64,000 nucleotides of DNA from Meyerozyma guilliermondii (Eukaryota): positions 1,116,001-1,180,000 of the forward strand of contig CP128818.1 of assembly GCA_051546255.1 (NCBI GenBank). Reading direction: 5' to 3'. A program made the translations under genes and the position numbers. The notes under the pieces are model-generated. The model was not told where the DNA came from and searched no databases. It saw only the letters and a list, made by a program, of their open reading frames with translations. Of this stretch, positions 50,812 to 61,593 are shown piece after piece. The number at the start of each line of letters is the position of its first letter. Positions within the stretch are counted from its first letter, which is position 1.

Positions 50812-52854
50812 ATGGCTTTAGACACATTGGATTACTCGGTCATGGTGGGCTTGGCGCTCGCCGTGTTGGCATACTTTGGAAAGGAGTATATTTGGCCGCT
50901 GGATGATGGAACCAGTGCTGGTTTCGTGGCGTCAGCGCCTGGAGGAGGCACGTCTCGGAGTATTGTCGAGACACTCAAATCCACCAAAAAGAACGTGGTT
51001 GTGTTCTACGGAACTCAGACCGGTACGGCCGAGGACTATGCTTCGAAATTGTCCAAGGAATTGGCTTCTAATTTTGGCTTGAAGACGATGACCGCAGATG
51101 TGGCCGATTACGACTTTGAGGATTTCGACAAAATTTCCTCTGACGCCTTGTGTTTCTTCTTGATGGCCACCTACGGTGAGGGAGAGCCCACCGACAACGC
51201 CATTGACTTTGTGAACTACTTGGATAACGAAGCTGATACGTTGTCCAACTTGCGGTTTTCCGTGTTCGGTTTGGGAAATTCCACCTACGAATTTTACAAT
51301 GCCATCGGCAAAAAAGTCGACCAAAAATTGGAGGAGTTGGGTGCCGAGAGATTCGCGGAGTACTCGCAGGGTGACGATGGTTTGGGCACCATGGATGAGG
51401 ACTTTTTGGCGTGGAAAGATGCCGTTTTTGAATCGTTGGAAAACAATTTGGGTTTCGAACGTAAGGAGGCTCATTACGAGCCCTCCTTGAAGCTTGTAGA
51501 AAACGCCTCGTTGACCAAAGATGATCCTTCGGTGTCGCAGGGTGAGCCTTCCAAAGCCTACGTCAAAAGTGCATCCATTGAAGGTCCTTATGACCATCAA
51601 AACCCATACATTTCCAAGATCACCAAAACTCGTGAGTTGTTCAACTCTAGTACCAGATCGTGTGTTCACGCTGAATTCGACTTGTCTGCCTCCAACATGA
51701 AATATTCCACCGGAGACCATTTGGCAATTTGGCCCTCCAATTGCGACGAAAACGTCCTCAAATTTTTGAAGGCTTTCGGATTGGAGAAGAAACTTGACAC
51801 TGTGTTCGACCTCAAGGTTTTGGACTCCACTGCCCGTACCCACTTTCACACACCCATCACTTATGGTGCCGTTATAAGACACCATTTGGAGATTTCGGGA
51901 CCAATTTCTCGTCAGTTTTTATCGTCGATTGCCGGCTTTGCGCCAACTGAAGAGGCCAAGGAAACTGCCAAGAACTGGGGTAGCAACAAGGGATCTTTTG
52001 CTAAGGAAATTCATGAAAAATCGTTCAATATTGCCGATGCTCTCTTACACATTAGCGGCGGTGAACCATGGACTGATGTTCCTTTCGAGTTCCTTATCGA
52101 GCTGATTGGCCATCTCCAGCCTCGTTACTACTCCATCTCGTCGTCGTCGGCATCTGAAAAGCAGCTGATCCACATTACCGCGGTGGTGGAGAACGAGAAG
52201 AAGGGCGATGTTCTTGTTTCCGGAGTCGTCACCAACTTGTTGAAACACATCGAGATCGACCAGAACAAAACCAAGGAAAAGCCCTTTGTACATTATGACT
52301 TGGACGGGCCTCGTGGAAAGTTTTCCAAGCACAAACTTCCAGTGCATGTTAGGCGGTCTACCTTCAAGTTGCCCAACAGTCCGTCGGTGCCAGTGATTTT
52401 GATTGGTCCAGGTACTGGTATTGCACCATTTAGAGGGTTTGTTCGTGAGCGTGTGACCCAGAAAAAGAACCAGGATGTCAAGATTGGTAAGACTCTTGTG
52501 TACTATGGATGTCGAAACGAAAACGAAGACTTTTTGTACAAGGAAGAATGGCCCCAGTATGCCCAAGTTTTGGGAGATTCGTTTGAAATGCACACAGCAT
52601 TTTCGAGAAAGGACCCCAATGCCAAGCTGTATGTCCAGCACAAGGTTGCCGAGAACGGAAAGGAAATCAACCGGTTGTTGGAGCAAGAAAAAGCCTATAT
52701 TTATGTGTGTGGAGATGCCCTGAAAATGGCCCGTGATGTGCAAAAAGCGTTGACCAAGGTGATTGCCGAAGAACGAGGCGTGAGCGAAGAGCGTGCCGCC
52801 GAGCTCATCAGATCACTCAAGACGCAAAACAGGTACCAGGAGGATGTGTGGTAG
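50812..52854 (+). CDS. NCP1: NADPH-cytochrome P450 reductase
   Basis: N-terminal anchor, FYGTQTGTAE, ATYGEGEPTDNA, FGLGN..YE, PRYYSISSS, IGPGTGIAPFRGF, YVCGDA and RYQEDVW. Confidence 0.98.
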   Translation: MALDTLDYSVMVGLALAVLAYFGKEYIWPLDDGTSAGFVASAPGGGTSRSIVETLKSTKKNVVVFYGTQTGTAEDYASKLSKELASNFGLKTMTADVADYDFEDFDKISSDALCFFLMATYGEGEPTDNAIDFVNYLDNEADTLSNLRFSVFGLGNSTYEFYNAIGKKVDQKLEELGAERFAEYSQGDDGLGTMDEDFLAWKDAVFESLENNLGFERKEAHYEPSLKLVENASLTKDDPSVSQGEPSKAYVKSASIEGPYDHQNPYISKITKTRELFNSSTRSCVHAEFDLSASNMKYSTGDHLAIWPSNCDENVLKFLKAFGLEKKLDTVFDLKVLDSTARTHFHTPITYGAVIRHHLEISGPISRQFLSSIAGFAPTEEAKETAKNWGSNKGSFAKEIHEKSFNIADALLHISGGEPWTDVPFEFLIELIGHLQPRYYSISSSSASEKQLIHITAVVENEKKGDVLVSGVVTNLLKHIEIDQNKTKEKPFVHYDLDGPRGKFSKHKLPVHVRRSTFKLPNSPSVPVILIGPGTGIAPFRGFVRERVTQKKNQDVKIGKTLVYYGCRNENEDFLYKEEWPQYAQVLGDSFEMHTAFSRKDPNAKLYVQHKVAENGKEINRLLEQEKAYIYVCGDALKMARDVQKALTKVIAEERGVSEERAAELIRSLKTQNRYQEDVW

Positions 52855-52945
52855 TACATAGTCTACATAATATTAAATGCTGCGAACGAGAATTGACCGG
52901 CTAATTTCGAACGAGAAATCTAAGCTAAATTCGAACGTTGGTCCC

Positions 52946-54055
52946 TCAAATTTCAAAAGTCGGTCCCTCCGCTTCCACTCGAATGCAGTCTCGCCAGTTT
53001 GGATTGGACGAGTTGTAAATGCTCTGGAGCTTGTTCTCAATGTCGAGCCAGTGTTTGTACTTGGATTTGGATTTGAGATCGAGATCGTAGATGTTGCAAG
53101 TGACGACAAACTTGCCGTAATTTTCAACTTCGATGATATTGTGGATGTTATTGTGTGAGTTATGGTGGTTGTTCGTTCTGTCGTATCGTTCAATCTTGAT
53201 GAAAAGTCCCACATCTCGAAGCGTCATCACCAACGAGAGATTTTGCAGCACATCGTGAATCAGCGTGAGATTGGCGATTAGGTCGTTTTTGTTGTTGATC
53301 CGCTGGTACTCCTTGAGCTTGACAAACACATTGGAGGGGTCGCTCAAGAAGATCCGCAAGAGCAGCCGGACAGGAATGCAGTTTTTCTCGACATTTTTGA
53401 GAACTGAAGTTGGAACCTTGTTGAGAATATCGTCTATTCCTCGGTCAATTGTTTGGTCGTAGAGAAGGTCAAGAGGACAAAAGTGCCGGGAAAAGCCCCG
53501 GAGCTGGTTATGTGAGCATGTACGACAGTACCGGCAAGATGTGTTGTCGTAGAGCCATTTTGGTTTTATTTCAAAAACCACCGATTCGATCGATTCTTTG
53601 GACTCAACTTTATTTGGTGTGCTATCGTTATTTTTGTTTGTTGTACGCTTGCCGTGGCTGCTGGACGTCCAACCATCACCCACATATAAATGACAGTTCT
53701 TGCTGAGTGAATATTTGGTATAATTTCCATCAAGAATATTGGGGATCAACAACCCATATCGTTCCAGTAATTTCACCTTGTGGCCGGCGGAATCCAACCG
53801 GTCGACAAAGTCCCGTGTAAGCACCACGAGCTGGATGTCTATGATCTGTTTGGGAAATAAATGCTTGCATTTGAGCTCGATAAAGTCGTATAGCTCGCAG
53901 GTGGAAATATACTGTTCGTCTTCCTTCAATAATCGGAGCCGAAGTAGTTTGTGCCTCAAGTAATCGTTGGTGCCCGTGTAATTAAATAGTATGTTGGCGT
54001 TGCCCTTGGCAAAATAACACCATTCGTCAGGTATCGTGATCTTGGAGATCTCCAT
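52946..54055 (-). CDS. IPK1: Inositol-pentakisphosphate 2-kinase
   Basis: YFAKGNAN, EIKPKW, CRTC, FCPLDL, MTLRDV and DLDLK. Confidence 0.92.
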   Translation of the reverse strand: MEISKITIPDEWCYFAKGNANILFNYTGTNDYLRHKLLRLRLLKEDEQYISTCELYDFIELKCKHLFPKQIIDIQLVVLTRDFVDRLDSAGHKVKLLERYGLLIPNILDGNYTKYSLSKNCHLYVGDGWTSSSHGKRTTNKNNDSTPNKVESKESIESVVFEIKPKWLYDNTSCRYCRTCSHNQLRGFSRHFCPLDLLYDQTIDRGIDDILNKVPTSVLKNVEKNCIPVRLLLRIFLSDPSNVFVKLKEYQRINNKNDLIANLTLIHDVLQNLSLVMTLRDVGLFIKIERYDRTNNHHNSHNNIHNIIEVENYGKFVVTCNIYDLDLKSKSKYKHWLDIENKLQSIYNSSNPNWRDCIRVEAEGPTFEI

Positions 54056-54353
54056 CGCCGAGGTCCAGGGTTCGTTTTTTTATCTACGTGGTATCTCTGT
54101 CACGCTATTGTTGTATTTTCAGTGCGAGGTTATGAACGATGCGCCCGGTACCCTGTTGTAGACCGGGATAAGGGGACACATTTGTAGAGGCGTGGTGGTT
54201 TACAAGTATGCAAAAATGTGTCAAATTTGATGCATCATGCATATCTCGAGACGTAAATATGCATAAATCATGTAATTTTCATGCATCATTCAATGCAGCT
54301 TATTTTCAAGCTGCACGGAACAACATGCGCATAACTAATAAAAAGCCACCCCC

Positions 54354-55235
54354 CTATCGGGTACCACTAATAAGGAGCTGAGCCGGCCCCACAACTTGGA
54401 AGTAAGCCTGCTTGGCCCAAACCCTTTTGGCGTAGGGTGCGATGTACCTAGATGCACTTCGAAACGGACTTAGAACAAATTGCAATTGTCTTTGTAAACC
54501 ACTAGTGGTAACTAGGTGATGCCATTGTCGTCCTAGTGCGTTTTTCCAGTCCCTGATTGTGATCCTCACCACTTCTGGTGCTCGTATGTATTTCAGCGGC
54601 ATCCATTTCGTGCTCAGAGCTCCACTGGTCTTTAATGGAATTAGATTTTCACCTTGAACCGCAATAAGATTTTCAGGAACAACGTCTATTTCTTCTCCTG
54701 GCAACAAATTGACTTCGTAGAGACTGCTTCCGCCGCTAACAACCATTGTGCCTCGTCCAGAAGTCCGATATCCTTGAATTGTTGGTGTCAAAAAACACCT
54801 TTTTAATTCCATATCGTAGCCACACCACGCTGTGATGTCGCTGGCTCGCAAAATGGTCCATTTTTTGTCATTTGAAACGTCCAACACACGATACGCTTCG
54901 TCGTGGTTTCCACTCATCACCATGGTGGCCGGCGCCATGGCTTCGAGCAACTGGAAATCTGAATCTAGTTTTTTGCGCAAGCTTAACTGGTCCAAATTAC
55001 CATTCAATGCTATCATACTTCCTAGGCGTATGTTCACTGTCGACGAGGCGGGAATTTGCATCTTCAAAAGGCTTCCTGGTGACCCAACTGGGGAAAATTT
55101 GGGAAGCTCTATGAATGGACCTCGACCAGTTCCCGTCGCCAATTGGCCAAAATCTTCCACATTGATTGCACTGGTTGTACTAACGGCCTGTAGAAGTCGA
55201 GTGGACGTGCTTAGCCGTCGAACTACCGAATTCAT
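54354..55235 (-). CDS. Aim24-family mitochondrial protein
   Basis: Presequence-like N-terminus; F..VG.P.SLL...IP.S, G.MIALNG, AW.G..., GRG..VVSG and F..VGPA..LI. Confidence 0.65.
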   Translation of the reverse strand: MNSVVRRLSTSTRLLQAVSTTSAINVEDFGQLATGTGRGPFIELPKFSPVGSPGSLLKMQIPASSTVNIRLGSMIALNGNLDQLSLRKKLDSDFQLLEAMAPATMVMSGNHDEAYRVLDVSNDKKWTILRASDITAWCGYDMELKRCFLTPTIQGYRTSGRGTMVVSGGSSLYEVNLLPGEEIDVVPENLIAVQGENLIPLKTSGALSTKWMPLKYIRAPEVVRITIRDWKNALGRQWHHLVTTSGLQRQLQFVLSPFRSASRYIAPYAKRVWAKQAYFQVVGPAQLLISGTR

Positions 55236-55322
55236 CTTTTTTTGCAAAGTAGCTCTCAGACTAGTTTTTCAAATTGTTTCTCAGCCAATCTAGTTTTACA
55301 TCGATACACCTGCTACCTCTAC

Positions 55323-57749
55323 CTATGTAAAGCCGTCTACCCATGTGCCCGTGGCTTTGATTTCGGCCAAGAATTCGTCACTGATCAAGTCTTTGTCATT
55401 CTCGTTCGCAATAATTGCCAAGGTGACGAAACGGCGCCAAAATTGGAACCCACTGGCAACATCGGCCAGAAGCTGTTCACTGGTAATACTGTTAATTCCG
55501 TGAACGTTAATGTTAAACGAACTATTGTTTATCTGGAACACATCGTTGCGCAAGTGCGAGTGGGTGGCTTCGATTATGTCGCTTTTGGATACTTCTGGGT
55601 GGGCGATTTTTTGTTTCGCAGCATACTCAAGGTAGATTTCTCCAACAATTCCCAACAATGTATTGTTGCAATCGCGGAAAAATGGAATCAGGTCCACAAG
55701 TCGACACCACTGTGAACGGTCACTGAAATTGATCCTACAGCTGTTGTTTTCCTGGCGCGCAATCATGTCGACCATCACACATTGAAGGCTGTTGATAAAG
55801 TCACTGGCAATAAATTTGATGTGACTTCTAAAATTGAGAAGGCTTCGGGAAATTGGGCCCTGATAGTTGATGGGAGAAATATGAAACTTTTTAACAGACA
55901 TGATTCGCGACACCAAGGTGATGTGTTTCTGGTCCTCGGCACTGATGCTGGTGTTTTCAAACTCCTTGTAATACTTGGGGACGCTAGTGAAATCTCTGTT
56001 CAGCTGGTTGAGATTCACCACCTTGGTGCGAATCAAAAGTAGCAAAACCACAAAGTTTTGTAAATCTTCGTCACTAATATCCTTCTCGCGGGTCGCAAAT
56101 TCTCGCAAGATTTTTCCTGTGGCCGTCAATTCGTTTTGCTTATTGACGATACCAGCCAAGTAAAAGTTCCGCAACAAAGCTGTCGACACGATACTCGACA
56201 CAGACTTGATTTCCTCCGTTTTCCTTTGAGTTTCGTAGCGATCCAGAAGCGACAGTAAAAACCTGTTCAATGAGAACGACTCCAGCCCGTCGTCCTGGAC
56301 AAGCAAGTGGTTTATTTGCCTGTTCACGGTCGGATTCATTCTGTTGTTCAACTCAATGCTGTCTTCCTTAAACCAGTATTTTAGTTGAATCTTTTTGACC
56401 TGGTAGTATCTGGCAAGAAGCTGGGTAATCAAATTGAACTGGGCATCCAAGGACTGGGTGAATGAAGGGGACGTAATAAGTCTTTTGTAGGAGTCACTCA
56501 AGCCACTTTCAAGTCCGGGACGAATGTTCAAAACACCTTGTGTTATCGACTCGAGAATGCCAAGAGGCATAAGTCCGATAGACTGGTAGTAGTAAAGCTC
56601 GGGTGGAAGCCTTTGCGAGATTATATCGTGGATATCGTTAGGTATTTTCACGGTGGTCTCCTTCTCCTTTGGTTTTTTGGTGGATTTTTTACCCTTCAGA
56701 TTCTTATTTGCTGAACCATCGTCAGATTCGTCAGTTTCCTCGGCATCTATAGGAACTATGTCAGCGCCCAACTTTGCCATTTCCAGTGCATACAAAGAAA
56801 CTTGGCCGTCTTTGTTCATGACAGGCATAAATCTCAAAGCGGCATGTCCCTTCATGTACAACTCCATGATCTTTGGATCGCCGAGGCCTGCGACGTACTC
56901 CAAAAGGTTCGCCTCGCTGTCACCGGTGTAAGAGCCGAACTGGTACACTATGTCCAATCCAAGTTTGACGTAGCTAAGTTGAGGGTAGGGCTGTAAAGGA
57001 GTTGGTTTTGGAAGTGGTGGTAATGTCGGGAAAGTAGTAGGCTGCACATTGCATCCCACCATGATTGATAGGTCAAGCAATTGCCTTTCTGTGAGGTTGA
57101 GTTCGCTGAGAACCTTGGTTTTGTCGACGTATCTGAAATCTTTGGACTGGAATTCCATGCCGAGAATAAACCGGTCTACGTTGGTCATGAGAAGATCTGT
57201 GGATCCATAGATGGAGTCGATCATCCCGCTGTGGTAGAGGTACGATAATTGGAACGAGGGGTCGTACGGAGCCACCATATAGTCGATTCCAATGTCGATG
57301 AAATATTTTATGAGATCATTAATCATTGGGCGAACCGGCAATGGGTCTGTAAATAGCCGGAACGATTCGTTGCTCAGCGAGCTGTAGCCGTAGGGGTTCA
57401 TCTGCTTGTTTGTGAGCTTGATCCACGAAGATTCAAGGTGTCTTTCCTGGGGAGTGAGTTCGTTGGGCCGGTACTGGTTTGCTTGAAGTTGAATATTGAG
57501 TCCTGAGATTATAAAAATTGGTCTGATATTGAACTCTGTGAAAACTTGCAAGTCGGACGCTATGTAGTCCCGTAAAGAGCTCGGAATACCTCCAGTTCCG
57601 GCCAAAAACTGCTCCTTTTTGAACGTGTAAATTCGGCTGAGGTAGTGCTCGACGTCAATTCCAATGGTGGCATTCTGGAGAATTTCAATAGTGCTTGTGT
57701 TGACGAGTTTCCGTTCGAAAAGATAGGATTCGAGCGATTGAACCGGCAT
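55323..57749 (-). CDS. MKT1: Mkt1 (XPG/FEN1-like PIN fold with MKT1 domains)
   Basis: MPVQSLESYLFER...IGIDV.HYL, YMVAPY...QL.YL, IHDII..RLP.ELYYY and Y.GP.SR.LL.F. Likely start 57749; an upstream in-frame ATG lies at 57863. Confidence 0.9.
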   Translation of the reverse strand: MPVQSLESYLFERKLVNTSTIEILQNATIGIDVEHYLSRIYTFKKEQFLAGTGGIPSSLRDYIASDLQVFTEFNIRPIFIISGLNIQLQANQYRPNELTPQERHLESSWIKLTNKQMNPYGYSSLSNESFRLFTDPLPVRPMINDLIKYFIDIGIDYMVAPYDPSFQLSYLYHSGMIDSIYGSTDLLMTNVDRFILGMEFQSKDFRYVDKTKVLSELNLTERQLLDLSIMVGCNVQPTTFPTLPPLPKPTPLQPYPQLSYVKLGLDIVYQFGSYTGDSEANLLEYVAGLGDPKIMELYMKGHAALRFMPVMNKDGQVSLYALEMAKLGADIVPIDAEETDESDDGSANKNLKGKKSTKKPKEKETTVKIPNDIHDIISQRLPPELYYYQSIGLMPLGILESITQGVLNIRPGLESGLSDSYKRLITSPSFTQSLDAQFNLITQLLARYYQVKKIQLKYWFKEDSIELNNRMNPTVNRQINHLLVQDDGLESFSLNRFLLSLLDRYETQRKTEEIKSVSSIVSTALLRNFYLAGIVNKQNELTATGKILREFATREKDISDEDLQNFVVLLLLIRTKVVNLNQLNRDFTSVPKYYKEFENTSISAEDQKHITLVSRIMSVKKFHISPINYQGPISRSLLNFRSHIKFIASDFINSLQCVMVDMIARQENNSCRINFSDRSQWCRLVDLIPFFRDCNNTLLGIVGEIYLEYAAKQKIAHPEVSKSDIIEATHSHLRNDVFQINNSSFNINVHGINSITSEQLLADVASGFQFWRRFVTLAIIANENDKDLISDEFLAEIKATGTWVDGFT

Positions 57750-57918
57750 TTTGTGGTCGTTTGACGTGGCGGTAACGGACGGTTTGGGAAATATTGTGAG
57801 ACCAAAGTTGGTGAAGTTTGGATATGTGCGGTGCGTACACGACCCTATACCGATTTTCCACATGGTGCACCACTACAGCCCAAAAGTAGAAACACCCGTA
57901 ATCTTACTCTATATACGA

Positions 57919-60900
57919 CTATTGATCGAAAAGATTATCTAAGGCGCCATTTTCTGTAAACGGATCGTTCATCACATCCACTCCGGTACCTCTTTTTTTC
58001 CTGGAAACGACGTCCAATTGCTTCTTTCTTTCCTTTAATTCGCCGTCATTATCGACGGCTCCATCCTTGGAAATGCGGATGAGCTCTAGCAATGCCGACC
58101 GCTGGTGTTTGAGTGACTTGGAGCTGCCCAAGAGACTCTCAAAGTTGGATATATGTTGGGCGGTGATGTTGTCCAACGACAGAATCATTACCCTAGCAGG
58201 GTAGTCGTTGCGGGACCGCAAGGCACAGTAGAGGGTAGTTAGCACCACTGCAGCCTCCGAGTGTGTTTCTACGAAGTAGTCGTCCTTCAAAACGTGCAAT
58301 AATGCCTTGATGAGATTGTCGCACAAGTAGCGGTCGACTTCATCGTCTTTCAACAAGATTTCCAGAAGAAGATTTCTCACCACCAAGATGGTATTGAACG
58401 AGCATTTTGTGTCCTTGAACATGATGATGTGACAGCAGATCTGCAAAAATGGAGCCATGACTTCCTTATTAGCAACTATAAGCCTCTTGCAAGCATACTG
58501 AGTATCGGTGACATTTCTGGCGTTATACTGGCTAACAACGTCCATCAAAAATCGCACCACCGTGGCTGTAAGTTGACGAAGCATGTGCTCTTCCATCATT
58601 TCTTCCGACAACGTTTCGTCGTCCTCGTTTCCTTGTAATTGGAGCCCGTTCATGTACACTTTGTCCCACTTGGAAACGATCAATTTGTCGATATCAACGA
58701 ACGCTTTGGGCAAGAGTTCAGCCATAAATATGTCAACGAACTTGACAGGACAGTTTCTAACAACACTTCTCAAACAGCTGTTGATCATATGTTTCCAGCT
58801 GTGAAGTGTGACACCAGTAGTATCTCCAGCTACCGCATTCCAGATCATAGTAGCCATTCCAGGAACTTCATAAAGTGTGTCTTCGAGTTGAGAAAGCGAG
58901 CCAATGGTCAAAAAGGCGTATTCGCGTGTGTATCTGATCAAGTGGCCAACTGAATCAGCAAAGTCTCGCAACGTTAGTGCCGCCTTTACATTTTCTTCAA
59001 TGAAGGTTTCCTTGCTCTGGATCGACACTCCTTGCTGCCAGAACCGCTCCATACAACTGTAACGAACAAAAGTCTGCACAGCATCGGGTAAGTCTTTCCA
59101 GTTCTCGGGATTGTGGTACGCTTGGATCTGGGATAAAAGTTGGAGTATGTGGGGAACGATGGGTTGGACACGAGGTTTCCACAATTTGAGCAAATTCAAG
59201 TACTCGGTAGAGTCGTGGCTGAGCTTCTCGATGCTGTATTGTATAAAGATTCTCGTGGCTCTGATGGGAAAAATCGACAGCCAGTGATCCTTGAGTTTGT
59301 TTTTCAACATTTTTCCGTCTTCATCCATTTCCGCTTCCAAAAGATTCGTATGGGCAGTGATTCCACGTTTTTGGAAGTACGATGCTATTTCTACTATGCC
59401 CATTCTCTCCATGAACCAGTGTAAGTCGGTCAACCCTTTCTCGGTATCGGGAGCAGACCACGCGGATAGCTCAGGATCAACTATCTTAGCAAAGAGTTCG
59501 TCCTTTTCACCAATCGACAGTCTCGATGCGATGACTAAGAGAAACGACTTGAACGAGACAACTTCGTGGTCGCTGACCTTCTTGGATGATAATATGTTTG
59601 TCACGACGTTTTCTAACTCGGTGAAAATCTTGCGCAACGACTCGGGCATTATATACGCCAATCGGTTGAGTTCTGTACCGCAGCTTGTTCGCAAATCACG
59701 AACGAGTTCTTTGTCTTCGTCATTGATGTCTGGGGGATATTCAAAGGTTGCGGTGGTGATTATTTTTTCCAAAACTTGGAACATGAGAGGACTGACATCT
59801 TTGAGAAGTGGAGCAAATTGGACCATAGTTTGCACTTGTTTTCGGATAAGTAATGGGCACTGCAAGTTCATCGCCAACAATCTTTCACCGAGGCTTTCGA
59901 CCAACTTGTTGAGTCTATCGTTCACCACATCAAAATCGCTCCCTCGGTACCAAATCCGCCAACGAGAAATTCCTCGAATGCAGTTTTCGATGATATTGAA
60001 CTGGGTATTTCCGTAATTGAAAGCGTCTGATTTCTCGTCCAAGCGATACTCCTGAATACATTTGGAACCCAAATCCGACGAGAAAAATTGCTGGAGACGA
60101 TTTTCAAGCCACAGAAGACCATCCTCTGGTTTTTTGCACACCGTTATTCTTACAATGTCTTCGGTGAATTTCTTGTAGTTGTTCAAAAACGAGCTAGCTT
60201 CCGAATTGGAATCAAAGTCGACATCAAGGAACTTTTTAGAGATGTTATCGTCGCCCACCACAGAATAATTGATGCTTCTGTTGGCAGCAATCTCCAAGAG
60301 GTCTGATAAGATATTCAAAATCGGGACTTTTGCTGAAAGCTCGTCGAAACGTAGTATAGTGACCCACATCTGTAAGGAAAGGCCAGATATAATCAAGCTG
60401 GGATGGTTCGTTGTAGCGAGAACTAGTCTGAGGTAGTCGTCGAGGTCTGCTCTGTCCCATGAGATTTTGCATTTCAGTGGGATGGACACGTTTAGGTACT
60501 CAGATAGCGAGACGATCATTTCCACCGTTTTTTTGAGGAGCGCATAGGTCTTCTCGTCAATATCGTCGGGGTCAATTTGAAGCGACTGGTAAAATTGGGT
60601 GAGCTTGGCCACACCATCAGGAGAGTAAATAGAGCCGATAAAGAACTGGAAATCTTCATCGTTGGAGTAATGCCGAGTGAAAAGTATGTGTAAGCAGTCC
60701 ACAGCCAAAGTCTTGAGGCTGACGTCGGGAAGCTCGAGGATGTTGATCAAGGTGTTCATGATATTTTCTTCTCGGAGAACCGATGGTTGAATCCAATGCA
60801 AGCATGTTTTGAACGTCGCCAAGATCTTGGGAACGTAGGTCTGGCACTCGATGCTATCCAAGTTGTTCAGCAGGAGAGTTTGCACCAAAAGTTTGCTCCA

Positions 60901-61593
60901 AGTGATGAACCAGCCGTCGGCAGACGCTTTACAAAGAGACAAAGGGGTGCTATGTTCGTAGATTTGGTTGAGCACGGAGTCCGGGGTGGTGATGAGCACA
61001 CAGAGCTGGTTGAGAATGGCAGTTCTTTTGGATGCCACGGGGTCGTCGAGGAGATATATGTCTTCGAAAAGTGTGCGCACGATGACCAACGATAGATCTC
61101 GGCAAGAAATCGACCTATTCCAGAGCGACCAAAGGTCTGCATCCATAGAGCCCCAGCCTTCAATTACAGCCGGGTCCGACTTTGTTTCGGGAACCGAGTC
61201 GTCGGCCAGCTTGATCAAAAATGACCCCCAGGTTCGCTTTGCAACAGAAACCCACAAATATGCCAACTTCTCCTTCATGTAATGGGCCTCGTTGTCGGCG
61301 ATTTTATGCGAAAGTTCAACCACCCACCCTCGAATGGCAAGAGTTTTGTCTGTATCGAGAACTTGGAATCGTTTGGTGATCCAGTACTGAAGCAATGAGA
61401 GACCATAATGACGAACCACGGAAGTATGGGTATTTTCCGGAAGAGCCAATTGGTATCCCCAATACGGCGCCTCGTCGTTTGTTTTCACCAGCTCCAAAAA
61501 TACCTGGGCTTCCCGTCGTTGGCTATTCGGTGTCTTGGGGTCGTAGACCACGTCCAACGCGGCCACTATTTGTGACACACCTGAGGTGTCCAT
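57919..61593 (-). CDS. MSN5: Karyopherin Msn5 / exportin-5
   Basis: Importin-beta N-terminus (RREAQ.FLE...WGY.L, RHYGL.LL), ERFWQ.G.S and LSEEMMEEH.LRQLT. Likely start MDTSG at 61593. Confidence 0.9.
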   Translation of the reverse strand: MDTSGVSQIVAALDVVYDPKTPNSQRREAQVFLELVKTNDEAPYWGYQLALPENTHTSVVRHYGLSLLQYWITKRFQVLDTDKTLAIRGWVVELSHKIADNEAHYMKEKLAYLWVSVAKRTWGSFLIKLADDSVPETKSDPAVIEGWGSMDADLWSLWNRSISCRDLSLVIVRTLFEDIYLLDDPVASKRTAILNQLCVLITTPDSVLNQIYEHSTPLSLCKASADGWFITWSKLLVQTLLLNNLDSIECQTYVPKILATFKTCLHWIQPSVLREENIMNTLINILELPDVSLKTLAVDCLHILFTRHYSNDEDFQFFIGSIYSPDGVAKLTQFYQSLQIDPDDIDEKTYALLKKTVEMIVSLSEYLNVSIPLKCKISWDRADLDDYLRLVLATTNHPSLIISGLSLQMWVTILRFDELSAKVPILNILSDLLEIAANRSINYSVVGDDNISKKFLDVDFDSNSEASSFLNNYKKFTEDIVRITVCKKPEDGLLWLENRLQQFFSSDLGSKCIQEYRLDEKSDAFNYGNTQFNIIENCIRGISRWRIWYRGSDFDVVNDRLNKLVESLGERLLAMNLQCPLLIRKQVQTMVQFAPLLKDVSPLMFQVLEKIITTATFEYPPDINDEDKELVRDLRTSCGTELNRLAYIMPESLRKIFTELENVVTNILSSKKVSDHEVVSFKSFLLVIASRLSIGEKDELFAKIVDPELSAWSAPDTEKGLTDLHWFMERMGIVEIASYFQKRGITAHTNLLEAEMDEDGKMLKNKLKDHWLSIFPIRATRIFIQYSIEKLSHDSTEYLNLLKLWKPRVQPIVPHILQLLSQIQAYHNPENWKDLPDAVQTFVRYSCMERFWQQGVSIQSKETFIEENVKAALTLRDFADSVGHLIRYTREYAFLTIGSLSQLEDTLYEVPGMATMIWNAVAGDTTGVTLHSWKHMINSCLRSVVRNCPVKFVDIFMAELLPKAFVDIDKLIVSKWDKVYMNGLQLQGNEDDETLSEEMMEEHMLRQLTATVVRFLMDVVSQYNARNVTDTQYACKRLIVANKEVMAPFLQICCHIIMFKDTKCSFNTILVVRNLLLEILLKDDEVDRYLCDNLIKALLHVLKDDYFVETHSEAAVVLTTLYCALRSRNDYPARVMILSLDNITAQHISNFESLLGSSKSLKHQRSALLELIRISKDGAVDNDGELKERKKQLDVVSRKKRGTGVDVMNDPFTENGALDNLFDQ

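Noticed and set aside
50932..52743. Long antisense ORFs (317 and 232 aa) inside NCP1, and similar ones in OMS1, p24, MSN5 and RPF1
   Set aside because: Shadow frames of well-identified genes, explained by codon bias; no recognisable motifs.
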